Source of the DNA: Azolla caroliniana
Taxonomy: Eukaryota > Plantae > Polypodiophyta
Direction of reading: 5' to 3'
DNA length: 64,000 nt
Assembly: GCA_043228905.1 (NCBI GenBank)
Contig: JBHGNT010000005.1
Location: forward strand, 23,808,001-23,872,000
Numbering within the stretch: the first letter of the stretch is position 1; each line of letters begins with the position of its first letter. The position numbers and the translations under genes were made by a program. Positions 1-13,130 of this stretch are shown here, piece by piece. The notes under the pieces are model-generated. The model was not told the DNA's origin. It ran no database searches and was given only the letters and a program-made list of their open reading frames with translations.

Positions 1-2990
1 TATTGTCTTTGGTGACATGAATGCTCGTACAAGAAGTTTCCAACTTGATTCACAAGAATCTTTCATGCCACATATCTCAAGGATGCAAGAGGATATGCAA
101 ATGTATAACCGCTCTTCTAGCGATGAAAAAGATCCGGACCAATTTGGGAAGTTACTCCTACAAATGTGCAATAGTACTGGATTGCTTATTGCAAATGGTA
201 TTTCCTTATGGCCCAACACTAATGGTTTTACATGTAGAAAATACAACGGAAATAGTGTGATTGATTATGTGCTACTTTCCGAAGGTATTTTGGATCGTAT
301 ACATAAATTCTCACTTGGTGAATGGACACCGGAATCAGATCATAGGCCTTTATGTATTGATCTCAAATGTATGCATAGGTTTGATTGTGAGAAGGCTATT
401 GAAGATAATAAACAACCGCTCTTGAGCATGAACCTTAAGCGAGCACCCATGTATTCCAAGATGGTTGAGGATATGTTACAAATGACAAAGATACAACATG
501 GTGCCACACTAGAATGCAAATGGGAAGCTTTCAAGAAAGTCATTCTCTCATGTACAAACAAATGTTTTTCGACCAACCGCACATCTTGGAAATGCACCAA
601 GAAACTTAGGAAAAAATGGTTTGATAAAGAATGTCGTGAAGCTCGAAAGTGCCTTATGGTTTTGGATGTAGTTAAGGATAAAGAGAATTACCAAAAGCAT
701 TTGCATGAGTATAAAAGGCTTATTCAAAGAAAGAGAAGAATATGGGAAGTTACTCAACAATTTATCCAAATGCAAGAGAAAACACATGCACGTGCTAAAG
801 TTTGGGGAAATTTAAAGGGGAAACGTGTTGAGAGTTATGGTGACTTAACTCTTCACGACTTGTCTATGCATTGTAAGAATTTATATGAGTTATCACTTGT
901 TGGAAAGATTATGTGTTATGGTTCTCTTTCACATATGCCTCCCTTCTTTACAATTGAAGATATATGCATTGGACTTAAGAAATTGGCCTCGTGAAAGGCA
1001 AGCGATCTTCAATGTATAAAGGTTGAAATGCTCAAATGGATGGGAAAGGAAGCACATATATGGATAAACCATATGTTTAATGATGCATTGCAACATGGTA
1101 TGCCGTACGATTGGACTACAAATTGGATCAAACCTTTACATAAAGGTAGAGATATAAATAATGTAAACAACTATTGAACCATCATGGTTGACTCATTAAT
1201 GACAAAACTATTTGGATGTATAATGGAATCAAAGATAAGTGTATGGGCTGAAAAAAGTGGTGAGAGAGCTTATGGACAAGCTAGCTTTCGAAAACACCAT
1301 AGCACCATTGATCACCTTATCACCCTTCGATTATTAATGGAGGAAAGTCGCCTTAGAGGTAAAGGTTTATATTGTTGCTATGTAGACTTGAAGAAAGCTT
1401 TTGATATGGTACCTCGTGAGCATCTTTGGAGGTGCATGGAAGAACTTGAGGTGCCAAGTGAATATATGCTTGCAATTTCCCGAATTTATGAGAAGGTTAT
1501 ATGTTGTGTGCACATGAGAGATAAACTTTCAGATTTTTTCAAAAGCACTATTGGTGTTAAGCAAGGATGCCCACTCTCACCAACACTATTTGGTTTATTC
1601 ATTGATGAATCGGAAGAAATGGTTACCAAGTTTGCAAAGGAAGAATGTGTTGAAGAAGTTGCCATTGGGAATGTTGTGATTATGCTTTTGCTATATGCAG
1701 ATGATGTAGTGCTTTTTGCAAATACTTTAGGAGATGCACAAAAGCTTATGAAGGCATTGGAAAAAATTTGCATGCATACTAAATTAAGTGTCAATATCTC
1801 TAAAACAAAGATTATGCTTGTGAAGAGACAAAAAAGAGATAAACCATGCATTATGTACAACAATGAGCCACTTGAATGTGTGGAAAGCTTCAAATATGTT
1901 GGCCTTGAAGTTCCTTCAAATCATAGATGGAATGAATGTGCTACACGCCGCTTAGAGGTGGGTAAGCGAGCATACTATGCATTTGAGAACACATGCAATC
2001 TTGGAGATATTAAGTGTTGGGTCCTCAAGAAATATCTTTTCAACACTTTGGTGACACCGGTTCTTCTCTATGGGGTGGAAGTATGGGGCGGTAACATCCC
2101 TAAATCTATGTGGAAAGAGTTTGAAAATGTCCAAAAGCATTTTCTTACCAAGTTTCTACAAGTTAAGAAACAAACGCCCTACACCCTCCTCCTCCTTGAG
2201 ATGAGATCGCTTCCCATTGAGATCATGGACATGGAAAGGGTTGTTGAATACATGATTAAGGTTCAAAAAAGTCCCTCACATCGACTTCCTAGAATTGCGT
2301 GGGAAGCAAGCAAAAAGATCCAAAAGATGCTTAAAAGCAAAATTTTGTGTTCCGGTTGGATGCAAGATATAGAAAAATGGTTTGGTAGATGGGATGCGAG
2401 ACACTTGCTTCATGATGCATCATTATATTCCTCTGTAAATGAGGCATTTTTGCAACACCAATGTATCATGACATGGGACAAATGTGGAGGCTCACGCTTC
2501 ACACATTATACTACACATGTTGCACCTAACTACAGAACCATATTCTTTGCGGAACGGGGAAATCGTACACATCCATACATGTTAGAGCCCATATCGTTAT
2601 CTGCCATTTGAACCATTGCTTCCATGCGACTTAGCTCACATGCATCGCAATGTGAAACATGGCGTTGGGGCACAAATGATGAGAGTGGTCAGCTATGCAC
2701 ACTTTGCCCTAAACAAGTTCGCAAGTCTGAGTATCACACTTTGATACAATGCTCTGCCTTTGATCATATTCGACCATGCTTTCCACATCTCTTTGATCGA
2801 GCCCAATCTTTGCATGAATTCCTCTCACAACCACAATGTGCACTCTCGATTGCAACATTCGTTGGTAAAGCTCTTAAACATCGAGAGTCACTACTCACTT
2901 TCACACGTATCACGTGAAATGTAATATTTTTGGTCTCATAGGTCATATTTGACCTCCGAAGACGATAATATAATCTATCTATCTCTCTCT
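1..2990 (+). mobile_element. Degenerate non-LTR retrotransposon (RTE/RTEX-like LINE): APE endonuclease, RT and C-terminal Cys/His motif; 5' end lies outside the window
   Basis: EN motifs GDMNAR, VIDYVL and SDHRP (17..994). RT motifs DLKKAFD, GVKQGCPLSPTLF and LLYADD (1184..2611). C-terminal RLSSH...CTLC...H...C (2624..2917). Stops between segments; ends in a short (TAA)/(CTAT) repeat tail. Clade is inferred from motif style. Confidence 0.85.
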
Positions 2991-3005
2991 TCTATGTAGT
3001 CTCGC

Positions 3006-5526
3006 TTTTTTTGTTGGTAAAAGAACAGAGTTATATTAATCATATGTAAAAGCCACTTAGTTACAACACTTCTTAGTCTCATCTACCTATCATATGCCTA
3101 TGTACTATGTAGGAGGAGGGACATCTTGTAATGCTATTAAAAAACCTGAATAAGCATTTGAGGAAATGATCCCCACATGCTCTAACATCCAAAAATTCCA
3201 CATGAGAATACCTTTCAGCTTCTTTATATAGGATTTCACCCCATGTCTATTGTCAAACATGAAAGCATTACGCATATTCCAATTGTGTTGTAGACCCCAA
3301 TAACGTAAAAATTGGAACAATATCTCCATCTAATCATTTGATCCATTTTGAACATACTGAGAAAAAACCCATTACTGAGGTCTCAAACAACAACGGGTTT
3401 ATACTAGCCAAATGTCTGATAAGTACTTCCAAATGGTACACGCTATAGGACATTTAATGAACCTATGTGTACTATCCTCCAATGGAACGGTGCAAAAGAA
3501 ACAAGTGCCAGAACCTAGTCCTCGCCTCTTTAAGGACGAACCTAATGGGAGCCCACCAATCATGACTCTCCATATGAATACCTTTGCACGAAATGGTAGA
3601 TGGGAATGCCAACCACGTTGTAATATTTTCCACCACCTTACATCTAACTTATATACATTCCACACCTTCGTTGCTTTAGAAGATATCCAAGATAATGATG
3701 CCATCACATGATGATACAATATATTTGTAGTGACCTCTAACAAGCGCGTACCATCTTGTAACCGCCAATCTACCCAAGGTGCAAAATTCGTTTTCAATGG
3801 TAAATATCCTTGCAACAATGGTATATAATGTAATTTTTCCCAAATAAATCCATAATTTGGGGGAGAATACATAACCATCGCTTGGCATCTTCAAAATCCA
3901 ACAACCTTTGACATTCATTATCAACCACATCTTCCAAATGTACAATCCCTAATAGAAATAAACAATTGAATTCAGATCTCAACTTCTCTTTCGCATGCAA
4001 AAAAAACACTGAAAAAGAAACAAGCAATTCATTTTGTGATGAATAACAATATTCTCGATCACTTGATGGTCCCCATTCAAAAAGAGATAATGCCTCTTGC
4101 CACAATCTTACCAAATGTTGTCCACATATAGAATGTTGAATCTTTAGAGGAATACTTCCATTGAGTAGTGACCACGATGATGCTTGAATCTTTGTTTTCC
4201 CATGCACCAATCCTTCATGCTCAATAAAATATTGCATCATAGATATACATGGTTGATCTTGTTGACATATATCTCGTAATAATGCAAATCTACAAGCCAT
4301 CAAATGCTTTTCCAAATCCAATATTGCTGCACCACCTAACCTTTTAGGAGTAGCCAAATGGTCCCATGAAATCCATGTAATTCCCGTATTTTCTCCTTTC
4401 TGCCACAACATGAACCGAATAGGTTGTAACATGTTCTGTAATGTCTTCTTAGTCTAAGAAAGTAAAAGCAAAAAATATAATAACTTGGGTATCAAGATAC
4501 ATTGCACCACTTTGAGTTGTACATGAAAAGGCCATAATTGAGACTTCCAATACATAAATTTGTCCTTCAATATACTACCAATCCAATCCAATCAATCAAT
4601 TGAACATTTGTAACATCAACGGGTAATGGATAACCCAAATGTGGATAAATTGATCCTCGTGTAATCACTAACCCTCGCCATCCTAAACATTCCAAATCAC
4701 TCTCCGTACAAGAAATAAGGCGAGACTTCCTCCAATTTATATACAACTCTGAAGCCAATGCAAATTGATCCCAAACTTGCATACTCCTTTTAAGATTTTC
4801 TTTTGAGGCTTATAAAAACATAAAAAAATCATTAGCCAATGCTTGTGCAACTAATAGTCCACCAGAAGGAAGATGCAAACCCACAATATAACCACTGGCC
4901 ACAAGATTTGACAACATTACTAACAAAGGATGTGTAACAATAGCAAATAACAATGGGCTTAGTGGACATCCTTGCCGCACGCATCTAGTAATAAACACTT
5001 TCGGAGTGACTCCACCATTAAGCATCACACGCGAAGTTGCATTTAAACCTAGCAAAAAGATAAGTCGACACATACGAGGACCAAACCCCATATTATACAT
5101 CACACCTGAGAGGAAAGACCAATAAACATGATCATATGCTTTTTCCAAATCTAATTGCACCATAACCATTTCTTGATGTGAATGTCGAACATAATCGATA
5201 GCCATTTGAACATTCAAAACATTATGCAATATATTTCTACTTGTAATAAAACCATATTGAGATGGATGAATAAGTTGAGGTAAGAACTTCTTAAGTCTGT
5301 TGGATAATATCTTTGCAAACACTTTGTACAACCCTCCCATCAATGAAAAAGGTCTCCATTGATGAAATGACTCTGGAGATGGTACCTTTGGTATCAATTT
5401 GATTAAGCCGACCTTCCTGCTCTCATGCATGAAACCAAAATCCCAACATTGTTGAAACATTTGTGTGAATGGACTCTTAAGCATGCTAGCATACTTCTTA
5501 AAAACTCCATTTGTAACAGCATCCCA
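3006..5526 (-). mobile_element. 3' half of a degenerate L1/Tx1-like LINE (RT, zf-RVT-like C-terminus, A7 tail)
   Basis: ORFs 4810..5484 (WRPFSLMG, QYGF, LDLEKAYD, VRQGCPLSP), 4567..4782, 3794..4432 and 3399..3878 (KVFIWR, CFFC...H...C). T-run at 3006-3012. Begins abruptly at codons W-D-A-V-T-N. Confidence 0.9.
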
Positions 5527-8142
5527 GTTGTGCTAGAGTGGCAAACTCCACATTCGTTACTAGATGTACAATGTTTCCTAGGTTTTTCTAACTTCTACCG
5601 CAAGTTTATACAAGATTACTCGAAGATTATTTTACCTCTCACACAGCTTACGAAGAAGGGACGAGCATTTCTTTGGTCCAATGAAGCGGACATGGCTTTT
5701 AGGCATCTTAAGAAAGCCTTTACATCAGTTCCTATTCTAGCTCATGTGGATACAAACAAACTATTCATCATGGAGGCCGACGCATCAAATTTCGCCCTCG
5801 GTAGCATCCTTTCTAAACAAGGAGATAAAGAAGAGTTACATCCTGTGGCTTTCCATTGGCGCAAATTTGATGCCGCGGAAATCAACTACGAGATACATGA
5901 CAAGGAGTTATTGGCCATAGTGGATTCATTTGTGCAATGGCAGCACTTCTTAGAGGGCTCTCCACATCAGGTCATCGTCTTCAGTGATCACAAAAATGTT
6001 GCTTATTTCCAGAATGCTCGTGTATTAAATCGACGACAAGCTTGGTGAGCCCAATTCCTCATGCATTTTGACTTCAAAATCACATATCGACCCGGGAAGA
6101 AGCAAGGAAAAGCAGATGCACTATCACGGCATTCACATCTTGCACCTCATCTTGGTGATCTAGCATTTGATAATCAAAAGCAGGTAGTCTTGGGACCGAC
6201 ATGTTTGCACACAACGTGGATTTTTCACTCCACTAGATTCCCGGATTATCGATGCCATACGTGCTAACTTGAAGGCAGACACTTTTGCTCAAGCCATTCT
6301 AGTGCACATTGATACCTCTCGGGCATCTTGTTCCCAATCTCAACAACCAGGTATGGACTATCGACAATTCGAATATCATGATGGTTTATTGTTCTTTAAA
6401 AAGCTCGTATATGTTCCCGATTGCTCCTCTCGCCTTCAAATCGTCTAAAATTGTTACGACACCCATACAACGGGACATTTCGGTAGTACAAAGACATTGG
6501 ATCTAGTTCAACGATCTTTTTGGTGGCCCCATATGCGACGTTTTGTCAACGACTACATTCGGACCTGTGATGCTTGTTGCTGAGCAAAGATGACATCATC
6601 CATATGGCTTGTTGGAACCCTTACCGATTCCAAGCTGTGGCAATCTATTTGTCTTGATTGTATCACAGATTTTCCGGTCTCGAAGGGCTTCGATGCTATC
6701 TTAACCATCGTTGATCGATATACTAAGATGGCACATTTTGTGTTGTGTACTAAGGCCATCACTAGTGAGGAAACCGCCACCCTTGTCATGCGTGAGGTAT
6801 TTCGGCATCATGACCTCCCAAACAGTATCATTAGTGACCGACGACCTCAATTCGTCTCCAAATTTTGGAAGCATCTCTTCAAGATGCTCAAGGTCTCTTG
6901 TAACCTATCCTCTGGTTACCATCCCCAGAACGATGGGTAGGCGAAACGAACAAATCAAACGCTGGAACAATACCTTTAATGTTTTCTGAGTTATCAGGAG
7001 GACGATTGGGCTGATATTCTCCAGTTTGCGGAGTTTGCTTATAATTACGCTATTCAATCCTCGACTCGGGTCTCCCCATTTTATGCTTATACTGGTTCTC
7101 ATCCTCGCTGGTCTGTAATCGACACCCAGGAGCTACCTACCAATCCTTGTGCCGAGGATCATTTGGAGAGGCTACACAAGATCTAGATGGATCTCTCTAC
7201 TCATCTTCGTCATGCTCAACAAACAGAAGACTTATGCGGGTCGTCATCGGCTCCCCTTCTCTTTTGCCATCGGAGATCGAGTATGGCTCTTACGTCGTCA
7301 CATCAAGACTACTTGACCGTGCGACAAGTTAGATTATCGACGACTCGGTCCTTTCCGTATTACCGGTAAGGTTAATGATGTCACATTCTGCCTTGATCTT
7401 CCTCCGCATCTTCAGATACATCCGGTGTTCTATAGTTCTCTTCTTGAATCTTATAAAGCAAACACTATTCCTGATCGTGTTACACCCCCGCATGAGTTAG
7501 ACGCCGACCTGGAGTATGAAGTTGCTGCCGTCCTCGATTCCTAATTTGTTCGCAACAAACTTTATTATTTGGTCGATTGGCTTGGCTATAGTCCGAGCAA
7601 ACGTACTTGGGAACCGGTCCAACATGTCGCCAATGCTCAGAATCTTCTTGCTGATTTCCATCAACATTATCTGGACAAACCCGGTCCTCAATCAGTGCCA
7701 ACTCATTACACTCGTCCTCTTAAGGGGGGGATAGTGTCATGATATTGCAAGACTTGAACCCATGACCTTATGTTATGTTATACCATCTATTGTAATACGT
7801 AGGATATTATTTTCATTTAAGTTTTATTATAGGAAATTAATGTATATTCCAGATTTCTCTGGAACATTCTAGAAGCTTAAGGACTCCTCCTAAGAACACT
7901 ATAAAAGGAGGCACAAGGAATTATGTTGAACCAAATTGGTTCAACGCTAGTGTTAAGCCTCATAGCCATTTTGTACTTACTCTTCATATAATATATCATC
8001 TGTTATCATTATATCTCTCTCTCTCTGTCTCCTCTTCTCTCTCCCTCTCTCGAGAGTCTTACGCAGTCCCGTCCTCTTAGTACTAATGGTACTTCCCTTC
8101 TCTAGTACTAATTCTCTCTCTGTTTTAGTATTATTCTTGACA
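5527..8142 (+). mobile_element. 3' part of a Tcn1-like chromovirus (Ty3/Gypsy): RNase H, integrase, chromodomain, PPT and 3' LTR
   Basis: FLGFSNFYRKFI, EADASNFALG, NYEIHDKELLAI and integrase DCITD/ISDR motifs. Chromodomain-like YEVAAVLDS...DWLGY...TWEP at ~7513-7620. PPT AAGGGGGGGA. LTR TGTCA...TGACA at 7735-8142 with TATAAAA at ~7900. Confidence 0.9.
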
Positions 8143-8181
8143 ATGGCCATCTTATTTTGAATCACATCCCTATAGTGTAAA

Positions 8182-8321
8182 CTAGGGATTGGCAACGACT
8201 CAGCTCAAGCCTAAACCAGTTTAAAACTGCTTAGCGGCTCAACTTGACTTACATTTGAGCTTGGTTCGGCTTGGTTTGAGTATTGCCAAATCGGTTCAAA
8301 CCGGTTAAGCCGCTTTGAAAC
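8182..8321. mobile_element. MITE/DNA-transposon terminal fragment (TAGGG start, AAACCG/GGTTCGG subterminal motifs), partly duplicated at ~8615-8692
   Basis: TAGGGATTGGCAAC start. The block GGTTCGGCTTGG...CCAAATCGGTTCAAACCG..TAAGCCGC..GAAACTTGAGA occurs twice. No second TIR or TSD found. Confidence 0.4.
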
Positions 8322-8770
8322 TTGAGAGAGAGAGAGAGAGAGGGAGGGAAACTACATAGACGAGGAGAGAGAGAGAGAGAGAGAGGGAGGGAGACTACAC
8401 AGAGGAGAGAGAGAGAGTGTGTGTGTGTGTGTGTGAGGGAAACTACATAGATGAGGAGAGAGAGAGAGAGAGAGAGAAAGTGGGAGACTACACAGATGAG
8501 AGAGAGAGAGTGTGTGTGTGAGAGAGAGAGAGGGAGACTACACATACGAGGAGAGAGAGACTGAGAGAGAGACTAGATAAAGGATCACTCTCTCTCTCTC
8601 TCTCTCCTTGTTTGTGAAACGGTTTGAGGTTGGTTCGGCTTGGCTTGAGTCGTGCCAAATCGGTTCAAACCGATTAAGCCGCTTAGAAACTTGAGAGAGA
8701 GAGAGAGAGAGAGAGGGGGAAACTACATAAATGAGGAGGGAGAGAGAGAGAGAAGAGAAAGAGAAAAAAA
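8322..8770 (+). repeat. (GA)n/(GT)n microsatellite-rich tandem array with a recurring GGGARACTACAYA unit
   Basis: About six ACTACAYA units separated by GA/GT runs, seen directly. Confidence 0.9.
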
Positions 8771-11591
8771 ATGCAATGACATTCCAAGGATAGAGTTGAA
8801 ACATGTTTCTGATGTAACGTTGTCCTCCAAACTCCGTTTTTTATGATTTTTGGATTGTTGTGAACTAAGAGGGATTTCCAACGGTTATTTGTACGTCAAG
8901 TTTCGTTATCATTACGAGAAGCTACAAGAAAAATTGTCATCATCTCAGGTTAGTTCTCTCAATCTCTATTAGGATGGCTGACACAACAACAGAAAGTGAG
9001 TTTGTGTATTGATTCTATAGAACATGAGAAAACATCATATGCTGCTATTCTTGGTGAGAAAGATGTTATTGGAGATGATTATGATATTGACAGTCATCGT
9101 GATTTTATTAAGGCTTTGCTTTCTGATTTTATGGAAAAAAATGAGAAAGATGCTAAAGATTGTGTGGAGGAGGATGTTGTAGAGGTGGTGATGGACACCA
9201 ACTCTATGTTAGCAACTTTTGACAGGTTCTATGATCGTGGTGTTATTTTGTATTTCACTAGCAAACTTCCTTTAGTATCATGGATTAAGCAGTGGTTGAA
9301 TTCATTCATAATGCCTAATTGTGTTGAGGATGTGTATGTGGGTCCAAGAGGTTTTTATGATGTGGTTTTTCGATCTTTAGAACATGGTACGGCTTTGATG
9401 GCAAAAGTACAAATCTTTTTTGATAGAAGATTAGTGCATGTGATGGAATGGGTTCTAGTGGTGGATTATAAAGATTTATTAAAACAACAATGCCCAATCT
9501 GGGTGACAGTTGATTGTAGTAACTCATTCTTTTGGGATTTACTACTAGGATTGATGTCTCAAATTGGCAAAGTTTTGGTTGCTCCTCATATTAATTCATT
9601 GAACAAATGTAGATTTTGCATGTTATGGGATACAAGTTGTAAACTTCCAAGATGGTTGAGTATTGATACATCTCGATTTGGTCGATTTCGTTTTAAGCTT
9701 CAATGGGAAACTTTTGCAAGACATTATTTTAAATGTGGTAAATTGGGGCATTTTATGGCTGAATGCCAATATGATGGTGAACTATCCCCGAAAATAAGGA
9801 AGATGTTGAGAAGGGTATTGTCTCAATGGTTGATATGTTTAGGGATGAAGGAACATCTTGTGGGTTAGAGCGAGATCCTAAAGTTCATGGTCAGGTTAGA
9901 GGTGTTGGAGAGGAGAATGGAGTATGTATTAATGATGGCCCAGATGTTGAAGATGGAGAGTGGCATCAAGTGAAGCACAAGATAAAAGGGAAGGGTGTTG
10001 CCATACAAAGGGACATAAAAAATACTAATGGGAAGACATTACCAAAAGATAATTTGAGATTGAAGGAGGGGTTTAAGAAAAATCCTTGGCGAAAACAAGT
10101 ACGAAATCAGAGTTTGTCCAATCAATTACAATTCGATTCTTCAGGAAGGGTGGTACGACCTCAATTAAATCAAGGACTTCATTCTCGTGGAGCTAGACAA
10201 CAAAACCTTAATATTGGTGGGGGGGGATGTAGTACACATGAATCCTTATGCAGCACTTGAACAAGTAGTTAGTACATTCCTGAATACACTTGCTCATAAA
10301 GAGCAAGTTCTTACCAAAGGTGTTAAATGAAAGTGGTATCATGGAATGTGAGAGGGGCATCTTCTCCTCATAAGAAATATATATTATGGAAAACTTTATT
10401 TGATAAACAATGGGATGTTTTATGTTCAGTTGAACATAAATGTCATGATTTAGCAGGATCTGTGTTACATTTGCGTGGATATTCCGCATATTATGCAGGA
10501 CCATTATCACATCATTACTCATGGGTTGTCATGATTATTTGTGATTTGTTTTGTCCACATATAGTCTATAATGATCCATATGGACGTTTTTTGGTGATGG
10601 AAGTCAAGTATTTTGAGGATTTGATATGGTTGGTAGGAATCTATGCACCCAATAATGCTAATCAATGCATTGAGTTATGGCCTTCAATGTATCCACGACT
10701 ATTAATGGATCGTGTTGGTTTGTTAATGGGTGATTTTAATATGTGTGTTGATGCTTCACAATCCACTTCACGATTCTCATTGATGGATTCTCCTGAGCAA
10801 GCAATTTGGGACAAATTGGCATCGGAGGTTTTGAAGTTGGATGTATGGAATTGGTTGCATCAAGATGAGGTTGGATTTACATTCCAGTCTATGCAATATA
10901 AGGAAACATGGAGTAGGTTAGATAGAATGTATGTTATGCATGATGAGTCCTTTTTGCCAGAGATGCTTAATATGTCAATTATGCAAGAGGTTTTGACATC
11001 AGATCATTTTCCCATATGTTTTGAGTTTAATAAACATGGGGTAGACATGTACAAAATATTGCTTCGTCGAGTTCCTTTGAGATTCAATTCTTCTTTATTA
11101 TTACATTCCTTATTTGATGCCTATATGCAACAAATTTTTAGCATATTTTCGGAACAAGTTATTTCAAAGTTTGGCATGCAGAGCTTTTGGATGTTCAAGT
11201 TCAAGTATAAAACATTGTGAAGAATTTGTCTTGTCAAAGTTATCAACAAACAAGACTACGTCAATTAAAGGAGGGATTTATAGATAATCAATCACAATCT
11301 CATGTGTTTTTTCAAGGATTAAGACCAACTTATGCTCGTTCAAATGTTTTACAAATTAAGATAGGGAATGACATTGTTGTAGACCCAATCAAGGTTATTG
11401 AGTTATGTATTATTCCTTTTAAGAATTTGATTGGGCCAGAGATGATTATTAATGAGGATGTCTTAAAATCACGACAACCGTTTTATAATGTAATTGGGAG
11501 TGTCATGAATATTTGTCAAGAATTGGATGTTGATTTTGAAGAAGCTGAGGTGGAAAAGGTATTGTTACACCTTCCTAATGGTAAAAGCCCT
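8771..11591 (+). mobile_element. 5' half of an L1/Tx1-like LINE: ORF1 (zinc knuckle), ORF2 endonuclease and linker, ending at LPNGKSP
   Basis: ORF1 8996..9868 with FKCGKLGHFMAEC. ORF2 10327..11220 with VSWNVRG, IYAPN, GDFN, SRLDRMY and SDHFP. Breaks after codons K-S-P at 11591. Confidence 0.9.
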
Positions 11592-13130
11592 ATGGCACGT
11601 CATGTGGTTTGATGCACCGGAATCGACGTACCAGACCTCGTCCAACTTCGGGGTGATCTTCTTCATCGAGTTTGCTTCGTGTCTCGTCATGAAGATTGAC
11701 CCTTTTTTGGATCCTTCGGCGTATTGCGATCCTTGCCGATTTCCTTTGTCGGTCTGTCCGGAACCTGATCCGGACCCGGTTCTCTCCGAATCGGCGCGCA
11801 TTTTCCAGCACACGCTCTCCCTTTGGCCTTTCTTGCCACAGTACCAACATTCCACAATGGATTTCCCTTGCCGGTTCTCATCGCCTCGACACCCCTTGTT
11901 TCCGGAGGGTTCGGAATTGATGTCAGCATCACTTCGGTGCCTTCTTCCTTTGTCTTGTCGGCCGCCTCCATTGCACACCGACTTGCCTCGTCCGCCACGT
12001 CCACGAGGCCTATCTCCCTCTGTGTACAACATCTTGCTATCGGTGTGCGTGCTTGTTGACGCACCCGCGTGGTTCTCCTCTATAAGGAGCATCGACTGTA
12101 GGTCGAAAAAGGACGGTGTATTCTCCCGTGTACACACAAAAGTTCAGAATGCTCCGAACTTCGACGCCAGTCCCCCGAGACAGATCTGCACCATCTCGCC
12201 TTCCTCGACGTTCACATCGATAGAGGCTAAGGAGTCGCATATCTCTTTGATCCTCGAGGTGTAATTAGCCACTGATAGGTTGCGTTGTCGTAGGTTGCTC
12301 AGCTCCTGTCGGAGTTGAAGCTTCCAGGTTGTGGTGCTTGCGGCGAAAATCTTCTTCAAATTTCCCCAAGCATCCTTCGGCGTTTTCGCATCCCGATATA
12401 GCTCAAAAGCTATTCGCCCACACAAGACACGAAGCAGTAGAGAACTCTGCTTGCCGACTATTCCCAAGACGGGAAGTCTCCGTGTGTCGAATCGGGTGCT
12501 GTCTCATTTGCTTCGTCAACATAGCTCTAGTAACCGTGCCCGAGCATGTACGGGTGCATCCTGTAAGAACAAGACGGGTAGTTGTTTTTGTCGAGCTTCT
12601 TTGTTGGAAGCGAGCTAGCCATGCCTCTATCCATTTTGTTTTTCCTATTCTTTACGAAGGTTAGGTTTTCTTCTCAAGCTAAGGTCGGTTGCAGAGGTTC
12701 TCAACCCTCGCACTCTGATACCATGTAGAAAGAATAGCGTGTGGAAGCAATAGGAAACCGAACACAGAAACACAGGTTTAATGGAGAGCTTGAATATACA
12801 CAATACACAGGAAAGACAGACACAGAGAGAGAATGCACACAAAACTCAATTCAAAAAATAATACTCAATCTGTACATAGGATGTGCTTAGTGAGCACTTT
12901 TATTCAAGCCTTGACTATCGGGCTGACACAAGTACTGACAGTACTTGAATGCTCATAAATGAGCCTACTACACTGACTCCCAAAATTATTTCTTATGAGG
13001 AATACCATACTAACGGCCTTCCGGTTTACGCACCAATACGGCCACGTTATGCGTACTGTTTTACGCACCTAGTCTACGCACCGGGTTACACACTGTATTA
13101 CGCACTCAATGTTGAGGTTGTCACTCAACA
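11592..13130 (-). mobile_element. Truncated Ty1/Copia: 5' LTR (12724-13130), tRNA-iMet PBS, gag and start of protease
   Basis: PBS TGGTATCAGAG (12713-12723, minus strand). Gag UBN2-like AWGNLKKIFA...LRQEL; zinc knuckle CWYCGKKG; protease WYVDSGASNHMT. LTR TGTTG...TCTACA. Confidence 0.88.

Noticed and set aside
8322-8770. Regularly spaced ACTACAYA units resembling a CRISPR-like array, and ORFs 8249..8545 and 8538..8804
   Set aside because: The spacers are GA/GT microsatellite, the context is eukaryotic and there are no cas genes. The ORFs are low-complexity SL repeats.
3006-11591. Twin-priming 5' inversion as the cause of the split LINE
   Set aside because: The inverted block includes 3 kb of non-LINE flank, and the same target array flanks both LINE ends, which favours a later genomic inversion.
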